Assembly (NCBI RefSeq): GCF_964355755.1
Contig: NC_092671.1
Span: 13,764,001 to 13,828,000, forward strand
Source of the DNA: Antedon mediterranea
Lineage: Eukaryota > Animalia > Echinodermata
DNA: 64,000 nucleotides
Reading direction: 5' to 3'
Under the pieces are notes generated by a model that searched no databases, was not told the DNA's origin, and saw only the letters and a program-made list of their open reading frames with translations. The position numbers and the translations under genes were made by a program. This document shows positions 1 to 12,300 of this stretch, one piece after another. Position 1 is the stretch's first letter. The number at the start of each line of letters is the position of its first letter.

Positions 1-566
1 GGCATACATATCTTATGTTCATAGAAATGTAAGATAGAATTGGATATCGGGGACGACATTTCCCTTGTGGGGGGAGTGTGTTACATGGCAAGAAAACCAG
101 GCCCTCTAGAGTTAGAAAATCAGGCCCTCTATAACAAAAATTGAGAGAGGTCAATTGGGAGAGTTCAGGGAGACATGTGTTATTGGGTTGCTGGCCTGTT
201 TTTGTTAAAGGATTGCTGTTTGGTTTTGTTGTTTTCGTAAGATGTTTAAAGTTAAATTAAAAAAAACAGTTATTTAGAATTAAACCGTGGTTAACCATTA
301 ACAAGGAACTGATGATTATCCAGTAGATGATTAAAGGAATATAAGATCGTTTACAATTAAAGAGAACAGATGTGTTAATCCGTTGTTTTTGTTGATTCAT
401 ATTGTGTACGGGGATACTAAATTCACTTTTGAAAAATATCGTTGAACTATTGTTGAGATGTCCTGGAAACCTGTGTAAATCTATTATAATATAGATTTTA
501 CTTTCCCTTGATTTACTTGGTACGTGAATAAAATTTCATCTGCTTTTTGTGCTATTTTAAACTTAC

Positions 567-3316
567 AAGTTTCACAGAACTGTCCAGTGTAGCAGGACGG
601 ACAGCTACACGTGTAAGCAGTACAGGAACCAGAAACCTGGACACAAGCAGCTCCATTTTGACAAGCATTATTAGTACAAGCATTTAATACTGAAATATTA
701 AATAAATTAAAATTTACTTTCTCTTGATATAGCTGGTTCTTAAATACTATTGCATCTGCTTTTTGTGCTGCTTTTAAACTTACATGTTTCACAGAACTGT
801 CCAGTGTAGCAGGATGGACAGCTACACGTGTATGCAGTACAGGAACCAGAAACCTGGACACAAGCAGCTCCATTTTGACAAGCATTATTAGTACAAGCAT
901 TTAATACTGAAATATTAAATAAATTAAAATTTACTTTCTCTTGATATAGCTGGTTCTTAAATACTATTTCATCTACATTTTGTGCTGTTTTTAAACTTAC
1001 ATGTTTCACAGAATGTTCCAGTGTAGCATGTAGCACAGCTACACGTGTATGCAGTACACGAACCAGAAACCTGGACACAAGCAGCTCCATTTTGACAAGC
1101 ATTATTAGTACAAGCATTTAATACTGAAATATTAAATAAATTAAAATTTACTTTCTCTTGATATAGCTGGTTCTTAAATACTATTTCATCTACATTTTGT
1201 GCTGTTTTTAAACTTACATGTTTCACAGAATGTTCCAGTGTAGCATGTAGCACAGCTACACGTGTATGCAGTACACGAACCAGAAACCTGGACACAAGCA
1301 GCCCCATTTTGACAAGCATTATTGGAACAAGCATTTAATACTGAAATAGGAAATAAATTATATTTTAATTTCTCTTGAATTACTTGATACGTGAATAGAA
1401 TTCCATCTGCTTTTAAACTTACATGTTTCACAGAACTGTCCAGTGTAGCAAAATGGACAGCTACACGTGTAAGCAGTACAGGAACCAGCAACCTGGACAC
1501 AACCAGCTCCATTTTGACAAGCATTATTAGTACAAGCATTTAATACTGAAATATTAAATAAATTACAATTTACTTTCTGTTGATTTACTTGGTATGTAAA
1601 TAGAATTCCATCTGCTCTTTGTGCTGCTTTTAAACTTACATGTTTCAGAGAACTGTCCAGTGTAGCAAGACGAATTTGACTTTATAATATAGACTAATGG
1701 ATAAAGGGGAATTAAAAGATGCTCCAGCTCAAACAGGGGTACAATCGGACTTGCGGTTTCGGAGGAGATAGAGTAACAAATTGTGGCTTAGTGCTATTAT
1801 AATATAGATTTTACTGTCCCTTGATTTACTTGGTACGTGAATAAAATGTCATCTGCTTTTTGTGCTGCTTTTAAACTTACATGTTTCACAGAACTGTCCA
1901 GTGTAGCAGGATGGACAGCTACACGTGTAAGCAGTACAGGAACCAGAAACCTGGACACAAGCAGCTCCATTCTGACAGGCATTATTGGAACAAGCATTTA
2001 ATACTGAAATAATAAATAAATTATATTTTACTTTCCCCTGATTTACTTGGCACTTGAATAGAATTTCATCCGCTGCCCATGGCACTCTTCAATTTTCACC
2101 TATTGTATTGCATCCTTGATCGATTTTGGTAGTGGGGAAATGCAAAGGATTGCCAAACGCAATGTAGGCAGTTGCAAAGAAATTGGTCTAAAAAACACAC
2201 TTTCGTATAAATTTGACTTTATAATATAGACTAATGGATAAAGGGGAATTAAAAGATGCTCCAGCTCAAACAGGGGTACTATCGGACTTGTGGTTTGGGA
2301 GGAGATAGAGGAACAAATTTTGGCTTAGTGCTATTATAATATAGATTTTACTTTCCCTTGATTTATCAATCAATCAATCAATAATTTTTATTTCTCAAAT
2401 AAAAACAAAATACAGTTAACATTTTCTAAAAATAATAGATAATAAATGAGAAAAAGGGGTACCCCACTGGAAGCTTAAGCTTTAAAATGTGGGGTCCTGG
2501 CAACATAATTAAAAATAAGGTATTTACTTGGTACGTGAATAAAATTTCATCTGCTTTTTGTGCTGCTTTTAAACTTACATGTTTCACAGAACTGTCCAGT
2601 GTAGCAGGATGGACAGCTACACGTGTAAGCAGTACAGGAACCAGAAACCTGGACACAAGCAGCTCCATTCTGACAAGCATTATTAGTACAAGCATTTAAT
2701 ACTGAAATATTAAATAAATTACAATATACTTTCTCTTGATATAGCTGGTTCTTAAATACAATTTCATCTACATTTTGTGCTGTTTTTAGACTTACATGTT
2801 TCACAGAATGTTCCAGTGTAGCATGTAGCACAGCTACACGTGTATGCAGTACACGAACCAGAAACCTGGACACAAGCAGCTCCATTTTGACAAGCATTAT
2901 TGGAACAAGCATTTAATACTGAGATAGCAAATAAATTATATTTTAATTTCTCTTGAATTACTTGATACGTGAATAGAATTCCATCTGCTTTTAAACTTAC
3001 ATGTTTCACAGAATGTTCCAGTGTAGCAAGACGGACAGGTACACGTGTAAGCAGTACAGGAACCAGAAACCTGGACACAACCAGCTCCATTTTGACAAGC
3101 ATTATTGGAACAAGCATTTAATACTGAAATAGCAAATAAATTATATTTTAATTTCTCTTTAATTACTTGATACGTGAATAGAATTCCATCTCCTTTTAAA
3201 CTTACATGTTTCACAGAACTGTCCAGTGTAGCAGGATGGACAGCTACACGTGTATGCAGTACACGAACCAGAAATCTGGACACAACCAGCTCCATTTTGA
3301 CAAGCATTATTTAATA
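567..3316 (-). CDS. Gene 2 eight-Cys EGF exon array: 3206-3316, 3001-3123, 2796-2918, 2579-2701, 1881-2003, 1423-1545, 1218-1340, 1001-1123, 784-906, 567-689 (plus truncated 1640-1672)
   Basis: Nine 123-nt exons ([40 protein letters not shown]) and one 111-nt exon, each with GTAAGT and AG; repeat period 217/205 bp. Confidence 0.9.
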
Positions 3317-6300
3317 CTTAAACATTATTTTATTATTGTCATATTTTACTTTCCCTTGATTTACTTTGGCACGTGAATAGAATTTCATCTGCGGCCCATG
3401 TGCGCTCTTTAATTGTTAACCATTGTATATTGCATGCTCGGTCGATTTTGGTAGCGGGAAAACCCCGAGGATTGGCGAACACAACGTTCGCCATTTACAA
3501 AGACATTGGTCTAAATTTGCCGTTCTAATTATAGAATAATGGATAAAGGGGAATTAAAAGGTGCTCCAGCTCGAACAGGGGTAGGCCTACTATCGGACTT
3601 GCGGTTTGGGAGGAGATAGAGGAACAAATTTTTGCTTAGTGCTATTATAATATAGATTTTACTTTCCATTGATTTACTTTGTATATAAAGTTGGTTCGTA
3701 CTTTCGGTACTGTTTTTAACCACCTGACGTAACCCTGTTTACTAATTAAATTGAGTTAGATAATTAGTTATTGACGATTAAAACGAATTTAGGTTCAACG
3801 ATTTCCCCCAAATAGGGGTGTTTTCCGATCATGGTATATACTGACTAATGGATGTCCATCTTGAAAAATACCCGCCACAAAAATGCGAGGAGGCTTCGCA
3901 TTTTCCTATCTCCTCCTACGATAATTGTTTTTAATAGCTGAAAACTGGTTGAACAGCTAGAGTACAGCATCATAATGTTGAAGACAGGCCGATTTTCTTT
4001 AAAAAAAATACTATTTTGATAGATTTAATATACGATTATACAAATGTATTGATTTGCGATGAATGGAACATCCCAATCTCTCAGTCTGCCAGAGTTTGGT
4101 TTAGCACAAGTAGGTAAATTTATGAGCCCTTGGTTTAACACATACGGTAGGTAAATATATGGGCCCTTTGAGAATAAACTTGCAATACTTTGACAATACT
4201 GTAAATACCTATTAACTATTTTTGGTACTCATTTGAATCGAACATTTCTTACTGTGAATGTTCGTACTGTTAGATGTAATATAAAAATATATACAAATAA
4301 ACTTTATTACTGAGATTGTGGTTAGGCTCTACTGTTAGATATATAAACACATTATTATATACAAATAAACTTTATACTGACAGTTCCTTCTCAACGTTTG
4401 TATTAATTAATAATTACCAATAATATAAACGTCGTAGTGGTGTATCGTAACATGTACTTTAATATTTCAATTGATTATGACAGTGACAGTTTTAACAAAG
4501 TATTAAATCGCAAATGTTTTACTGTATTTAGAGGTATATTATTTATAGGCCTATAAAACATGAACAAAATATTTCGTTACTGAGTGGATAAAGAATATAT
4601 TTAAAAATTGTTCCTCTTTGTACCTATCCGCTTTCCCATCCCTCAACCCTAATGTTACATACAAAACACAAATTGGGTTTGTTTAAATGAGTCCAAATCA
4701 AATATTTGGACTCATTTTGTGACAAGTTTCTCTTTTGGAAGTACGGTAATTCCCAGGGTGAACATTTCAGTTGACTACATAAATCATCGTGTCTATTTAT
4801 TCGTTTCTGTAAACGACAATAACTATAGTCCTGCGGTACATAAGTGTAAAAATAAACCCCCTTTTCTTACGCCGAAATTACTTTGTATTCGAGAACCATC
4901 TGTGGGCACGACCTAGTCAAGAATAATTTTGCTTAAATCAAGATTGAAAAATTCTTTAAAAATCTTTATTTTGAGAAAAAAGCAATATACAGTATCCTTA
5001 TCAAGAATATTTGTTCTTAACAAGATTTATCAATTATTAGAAATACTTGAGATATATTTGACTTAAAATAAGTCGCTTACTATTGTGTATCCATTATTAT
5101 ATATCAAGAATATTTTTGCTTAAAACTAGATACGCAAAATTCTTTAAAATACTTAATTTAATAAGAATTCAATAGAAACAAAAATCGTATAAATAATTTG
5201 TAATATTCTATGATACTATGTAATACACAAGGTAAGATTGTAAATTCACTCTTCCCTCTGCATAGGCTTACTAAAGCTTGGTTCACACTAGCGACGTCTA
5301 GTGGGAACCAAGCTTAAGTAATGATAAACAAAACAATAGCCTAAAGTACTTTAGTAAGTCCATGGTTCTCAGAACAAATATCATTTATATTATTATTTAG
5401 TAAACAAATGAGGTAGTAGTTGTACACTTCTACCCTACAAGGCTTAGTTCCTTGAGTTTTATGAAGTGTCACTGTTTTCATGTTGATCATCTCAAATAGG
5501 TAAGGTCTTTGTTTCAAGCAAGTCAAAGATTACCATTTTTACACGGCACTCAAAAGATACGGTAATAAGCACACAAACTTACATATTTCACAAGTTTCTC
5601 CTGTATAGCAGACTGGACACGTTCCATTGAAAACTAATAAAACAGTTGACAAAAAAAAAACATTTAAAACGGAATTAAAATCAGTAATTGTTTGTGTACT
5701 GTATGTTGCTTGCATTTTCATTCCTGAGAATTTGTGGTTGGTTCAATTTTGTCATATCAGTATATTTTTCCGCACAATATTCTACAACTGGATGTTCAAA
5801 TCGGATTGTAGAAATTGAATTTACCCTTCGGTATGGTACAATGGGCAGTGTCATTATTGATCGCATGCCCCACAAGGAACGATTCTGTATGTCGGTACTT
5901 CATATGCAGACACAGCTGAATCTGGAATTTATTTTATTCATGCCAAATATAATCAAATTTCGATCAATACACACGATTTATTTATTATTATACACATATA
6001 GTAAGGATTGTTTATTAGTTGGTGTGATGATATAAATATTTTCATGAGGTGAAAAATAAAATGTTTTATTGAAAATATTCTATATTTCATTGCACAAATA
6101 TAAAAAAAATAATTTGTTTTATACTAAAATGTATTCACTTTGTATTGTAGGGACTTTCCTAGCATGCCTAGCAGCAGCGAATAACCATTTGTGTGCTTCA
6201 GTAAATAAATAACCACGAAGGGGTTGGTTCTCAGTATTTAACATTTTACAATTACGTCAGAGTAGGGCAAACCTGTTAACACTTCACACATCGTTTTAAT

Positions 6301-9300
6301 AGCTCTAATGGCGCTATAATATTATTGGACTTGCGGTTTAGGAGGAGATAGTAGAACAATTTTTGGCTTAGTGCTATTTATAGAAGTTGAATATTGCTGT
6401 TCCGTCGTACCACGCCAAGAGTCGTTATCCAATCGAGTTTGAACAATCATGAAAGCCCCAATGGTCTAATGGTTAGGACATCTGCATATTAAGCAGAAGG
6501 TTCCGAGTTCAAATCTCACCAGAGACATTTTTTCAAACAACTACAACAAATATGGAACTTTCGCCGATGAACTATGCTCGACACGATTATAAGATCATGT
6601 TCCGAACATGAGCACTGTTTCAATAATGAAAAATACCTTCACAGTTATCACCGGAGAATTCATCTTGACATATGCAAATGTAGTTTTCTCTAGTTGAGGT
6701 TTCGAGACAAGTTCCGTTAAGACATGGTTCGGATGAGCAAGACAAATCAACTGAAACTTAACATTGATGGCAGGGCCGTAGCCAGGATCTGTCAAGGGGG
6801 GGGGGGGGGGTTCGGACACTAAATATTTGGGTCAACCCCCCCCTCCCCCTGGGGGTGGGGCCTGATGCGAAGCGAATTTTGTTAAATGACACCCCTAGAT
6901 GGCCGGAAAAGACACTCTCGTGCAGCATGCTACCAATGAGCAAAAAGATCGTACTTTTTTCCTCCTTCTCAAACACGTCGATAATTTAAAGGACGATAAC
7001 TATTTGTTGCCGTATGTTATATGCGCGTGCTCTGTGCGGAACCGCCGATTGTTTGATCATTTACTCCGTATTTTGTTTTGCGTTCAAGTTCAATGCGAAC
7101 GTACATCTAGGAGCAGCCCCGAAAAAAGCACACTGGTTGAAGGCAAATGCTATTTGCTAGCTCTATCTATAATATTTATTTACAGCAATTTGTTGAGGAA
7201 TATAAATATGTAAATAGGTGATATTGATACATTTTAGTACGTATCGGCTGGTGGTCTAGAAAAAAATAATCGGATGCCATAATGTGAACTACAGTACTTG
7301 ATACCATAGATATTATAGTGTAAAATATCAATATTCACTATAATCCTCTATGATACATTATACTTCATAGTCACACATGAGGGGGATGAGGGTTCGCAGT
7401 CGGTTAAGGGGGGTTCGCTGTAAAGGGGGGGTTCGCCCGAACCATAAAAAAACCCCCTGGCTACTGGCCTGGATAGTAATGATTTTAAATAGTGCCTATG
7501 AAGCATTATAGTGTATCATTCCTTGTTATAGCATAGATCGCTCGACAAAACACATTTACATATAATAATGCGTATAAATACGGAATATAATAAGTACAGT
7601 ATATAGTTCACTGAAAAACAACAATACGATTTTTCATTTATTGTATCTTTTGAATTTGCACCCAATAGAGATGCTTTTCTATGCCTGGGTGTTGAACTTG
7701 GATTGGATGTTTTATTTCAAATTGTATATTTTTTGTTTGATTGGATTGGATGTTCAGACCGGATTAGTAGATATGTTTAAGTCGGATTTTAAGAAATTAA
7801 TTTATAATACCTTCACAGTTATCACCAGAGAATTCATCTGGACAATTGCAAATGTAGTTGCTTCCTGTTGAGCTTTGAAGACAAATTCCTCCGTTAAAAC
7901 ATGGATCGGATGAGCAAGGCGAATTAACTGTAGCATAACATTGATTATAATTAGCATTGTAATTGAAACCTTTCACAATGTAATTGTTGTTATTCAGAAA
8001 CGTGGATAGACTGAGACGCATTATATTTTTTTCCTATTAGGTTAAGGCAGAAACTATAAAGGGCCTGAATCCAGACATGAATTTTCTACTCAACGATCGA
8101 CAGAAAAAGAGGCTTTAACAACATCAAGAGAAAAAGAGTACAGCGAGGAATTCCGAACGTGCATAAGACAGTCACAGTGTGTTTTGCAAGTATGACGTCA
8201 TGAGTTCAGGCATGCCTCATGAATATTCATGATATATGCACAACCTCTATAGTTTCTACCTTAACCTAATAGGAAAAATTATGCTACCCGGAGGCTCACA
8301 ACTATTACTAGTCTCTAAATAGGCCTACTACTACCTAGAGATAACGATGCGACATTATAAGTTAATATCACACATTTCCTGTTAATATTTTGTATCAATA
8401 TTATAATAAAGAAAGAATTATGAAAATCTGACTTGTACAGTAGTTTTCGAAATATAGGATCCAAAACATCGCTGAAAAAAAATCGTTTTTAGCCACGAAC
8501 AAAGTAAATAAATTGCGCTCTCAGTCAGTAGAAAATCGTATGAACTTTAAAAATGACTGTTCTTAGTAATAAATTGTGTATATCAACATTGTAAAATTCA
8601 AGCAAATATGATATTACATGTTTATTTAATAAAAAAGAGTGTTTATTTAACCAAAGAATTTCAATACATTATTATTTTCTCGTGTATTGGACAATAAATC
8701 TACTACAGAAGGTATGAAAAACAAATCGATTGCAAAAACCTTTGCAGTAAATATATAACCACTTGTTGGTGCAGCACCCGCTGTTCCCTTTGGCTTGAAT
8801 CTATCCTTGCCATCAGCGCAAACTTAGTGGTCTAAAGGTTTGTGAACACCAGGCTAGTAGTGATCTGGAGGTATGTTGTGGGGTTGAGTTCCACCCGAAA
8901 GGGTTGGTTCTCAGTATTTAACATTTTACAATTACGTCAGAGTAGGGCAAACCTGTTAACACTTCACAAATCGTTTTAATAGCTCTAATGGCGCTATAAT
9001 AGTATTGGACTTGCGGTTTAGGAGGAGATAGTAGAACAATTTTTGGCTTAGTGCTATTATAATATAGAAGTTGAATATTGCTGTTCCGTCGTACCACGCC
9101 AAGAGTCGTTATCCAATCGAGTTTGAACAATCATTAAAGCCCCAGTGGTCTAATGGTTAGGACATCTGCATATTAAGCAGAAGGTTCCGAGTTCGAATCT
9201 CACCAGAGACATTTTTTACAAACAACTAAAAAAAATATGGAACTTTCGCCGATGAACTATGCTCGACACGATTATAAGATCATGTTCCGAACATGAGCAC

Positions 9301-12300
9301 TGTTTCAATAATGAAAAATACCTTCACAGTTATCACCGGAGAATTCATCTTGACATATGCAAATGTAGTTTTCTCTAGTTGAGGTTTCGAGACAAGTTCC
9401 TCCGTTAAGACATGGTTCGGATGAGCAAGACAAATGAACTGAAACTTAACATTGATAGTAATGATTTTAAATAGTGCCTATGAAGCATTATAGTGTATCA
9501 TTCTTTGTTATAGCATAGATTGCTCGACAAAACACCTTTACATATAATAATGCGTATAAATACGGAATATAATAAGTACAGTATATAGTTCACTGAAAAA
9601 CAACAATACCATTTTTCATTTATTGTATCTTTTTAATTTGCACCCAATAGAGATGCTTTTCTATGCCTCGGTGTTGAACTTGGATTGGATGTTTTATTTC
9701 AAATTGTATATTTTTTGTTTGATTGGATTGGATGTTCAGATCGGATTAGTAGATATGTTGAAGTCAGATTGTAAGAAATTAATTTATAATACCTTCACAG
9801 TTATCACCAGAGAATTCATCTGGACAATTGCAAATGTAGTTGCTTCCTGTTGAGCTTTGAAGACAAATTCCTCCGTTAAAACATGGATCGGATGAGCAAG
9901 GCGAATTAACTGTAGCATAACATTGATTATAATTAGAATTGTAATTGAAACCTTTCACAATGTAATTGTTGTTATTCAGAAACGTGGATAGACTGGGACG
10001 CATTATATTTTTTTCATATTAGCTTAAGGCAGAAAATATAGAGGGCCTAAATCCAGACATGGATTTTCTTAACTCCACGATCGAAAGAAAAACAGGCTTT
10101 AACAACATCAACTGCGAGGAATTCCGAACGTGCATCAGTCACAGTGTGTTTTTCAAGTATGACGTCATGAGTTCAGGCATGCATCATGAATATTCATGAT
10201 ATTATATGCACAACCTCTATAGTTTCTACCTTAACCTAATAGGAAAAATTATGCTACCCGGAGGCTCACAACTATTACTAGTCTCTAAATAGGCCTACTA
10301 CTACCTAGAGATAACGATGCGACATTAAAAGTTAATATCACACATTTCCTGTTAATATTTTGTATCAATATTATAATTAAGAAAGAATTATGAAAATCTG
10401 ACTTGTACAGTAGTTTTCGAAATATAGGGTCCAAAACATCGCTGAAAAAAATCGTTTTTAGCCACGAACAAAGTAAATAAATTGCGCTCTCAGTCAGTAG
10501 AAACTCGTATGAACTCTGAAAATGACTGTTTTTAGTAATAGATTGTGTATATCAACATTGTAAAATTCAAGCAAATATGATATTACATGTTTATTTAATA
10601 AAAAGAGTGTTTATTTAGCCAAAGAATTTCAATACATTATTATTTTATCGTGTATTGGACATGCAGCCCTTTCAGAAAATTCTTCCGCAGTGTGTTGATT
10701 CGTGTCAACCAATAAAAGGGCGAGAATTCGAAATCTTTCAATCGTTAGCCCTCATAGACCCTCAGACATTTTTTGGACCTATAAATTTAGTCGAATTTAC
10801 AAAATTCCAAAACTGTCAGCCGTAGATAGCTTTCGCGTTGATAAAGCTTCTTATTGTTTATGTCCTCTGGGAATATAGCTAGCTGCCTAGAGGCGCTGCG
10901 CGAAAAATAGGAGGTCACCAGTATCTTGAGGAGCAATCGATTCAAAATAGGTATATTTTTCATACATTTACACTAAATTACTCATGTTTTAGCACACGTT
11001 TATTAAAGTTCATTTATTTTGAAATTAATCATCAAAATGAATGAAATCTACTACAGACGGTATGAAAAACAAATCTATTGCAAAAACCTTTGCAGTAAAT
11101 AAATAACCACTTGTTGGTGCAGCACCCGCTGCTCCCTTTGGCTTGAATCTATCCCTGCCATCAGCGCAAACTTAGTGGTCTAAAGGTTTGTGAACACCAG
11201 GCTAGTAGTGATCTGGAGGTATGTTGTGGGGTTGTGTTCCACCCGAAAGTGTTGGTTCTCAGTATTTAACATTTTACAATTACGTCAGAGTAGGGCAAAC
11301 CTGTTAACACTTCACAAATCGTTTTAATAGCTCTAATGGCGCTATAGTATTATTGGACTTGCGGTTTAGGAGGAGATAGTAGAACAATTTTTGGCTTAGT
11401 GCTATTATAATATAGAAGTTGAATATTGCTGTTCCGTCGTACCACGCCAAGAGTCGTTATCCAATCGAGTTTGAACAATCATGATAGCCCCAGTGGTCTA
11501 ATGGTTAGGACATCTGCATATTAAGCAGAAGGTTCCGAGTTCAAATCTCACCAGAGACATTTTTAACTAAAAAAAATATGGAACTTTCGCCGATGAACTA
11601 TGCTCGACGCGATTATAAGATCATGTTCCGAACATGAGCACTGGTTCATTAATGAAAAATACCTTCAACCGGAGAATTCATCTTGACATAAGCAAGTGTA
11701 GTTTTCTCCAGTTGAGGTTTCGAGACAAGTTCCTCCGTTAAGACATGGTTCGGATGAGCAAGACAAATCAACTGAAACTTAACATTGATAATAATGATTT
11801 TAAATAGTGCCTATGAAGCATTATAGTGTATCATTCCTTGTTATAGCATAGATTGCTCGACAAAACACATTTACATATAATAATGCGTATAAATACGGAA
11901 TATAATAAGTACAGTATATAGTTCACTGAAAAACAACAATACCATTTTTAATTTATTGTATCTTTTGGATTTGCACCCAATAGAGATGCTTTTCTATGCC
12001 TGGGTGTTGAACTTGGATTGGATGTTTTATTTCAAATTTTATATTTTTTGTTTGATTGGATTGGATGTCAGACCGGATTAGTAGATATGTTTAAGTCGGA
12101 TTGTAAGAAATTAATTTATAATACCTTCACAGTTATCACCAGAGAATTCATCTAAACAATTGCAAATGTAGTTGCTTCCTGTTGAGCTTTGAAGACAAAT
12201 TCCTCCGTTAAAACATGGATCGGATGAGCAAGGCGAATTAACTGTATCATAACATTGATTATAATTAGCATTGTAATTGAAACCTTTCACAATGTAATTG

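Noticed and set aside
484-3307. ORF-track proteins beginning [13 protein letters not shown]...
   Set aside because: Artefacts: an off-frame reading of one exon runs through the intron into the true frame of the next, because the unit length is not a multiple of 3.
5273-5317. Strong hairpin as terminator or ncRNA
   Set aside because: Looks like the two ends of an internally deleted MITE (aagcttggttc.cactag / ctagtgggaaccaagctt); no evidence of function.
5826-5915. Additional gene 2 exon
   Set aside because: Has an acceptor and donor and a faint EGF resemblance, but the phase-1 frame hits TAA and the Cys pattern is lost; at best a decayed exon.
9139-9211. Functional tRNA gene
   Set aside because: Three mismatches in the acceptor stem, two in the T stem, and an atypical anticodon loop; treated as a pseudogene or repeat.
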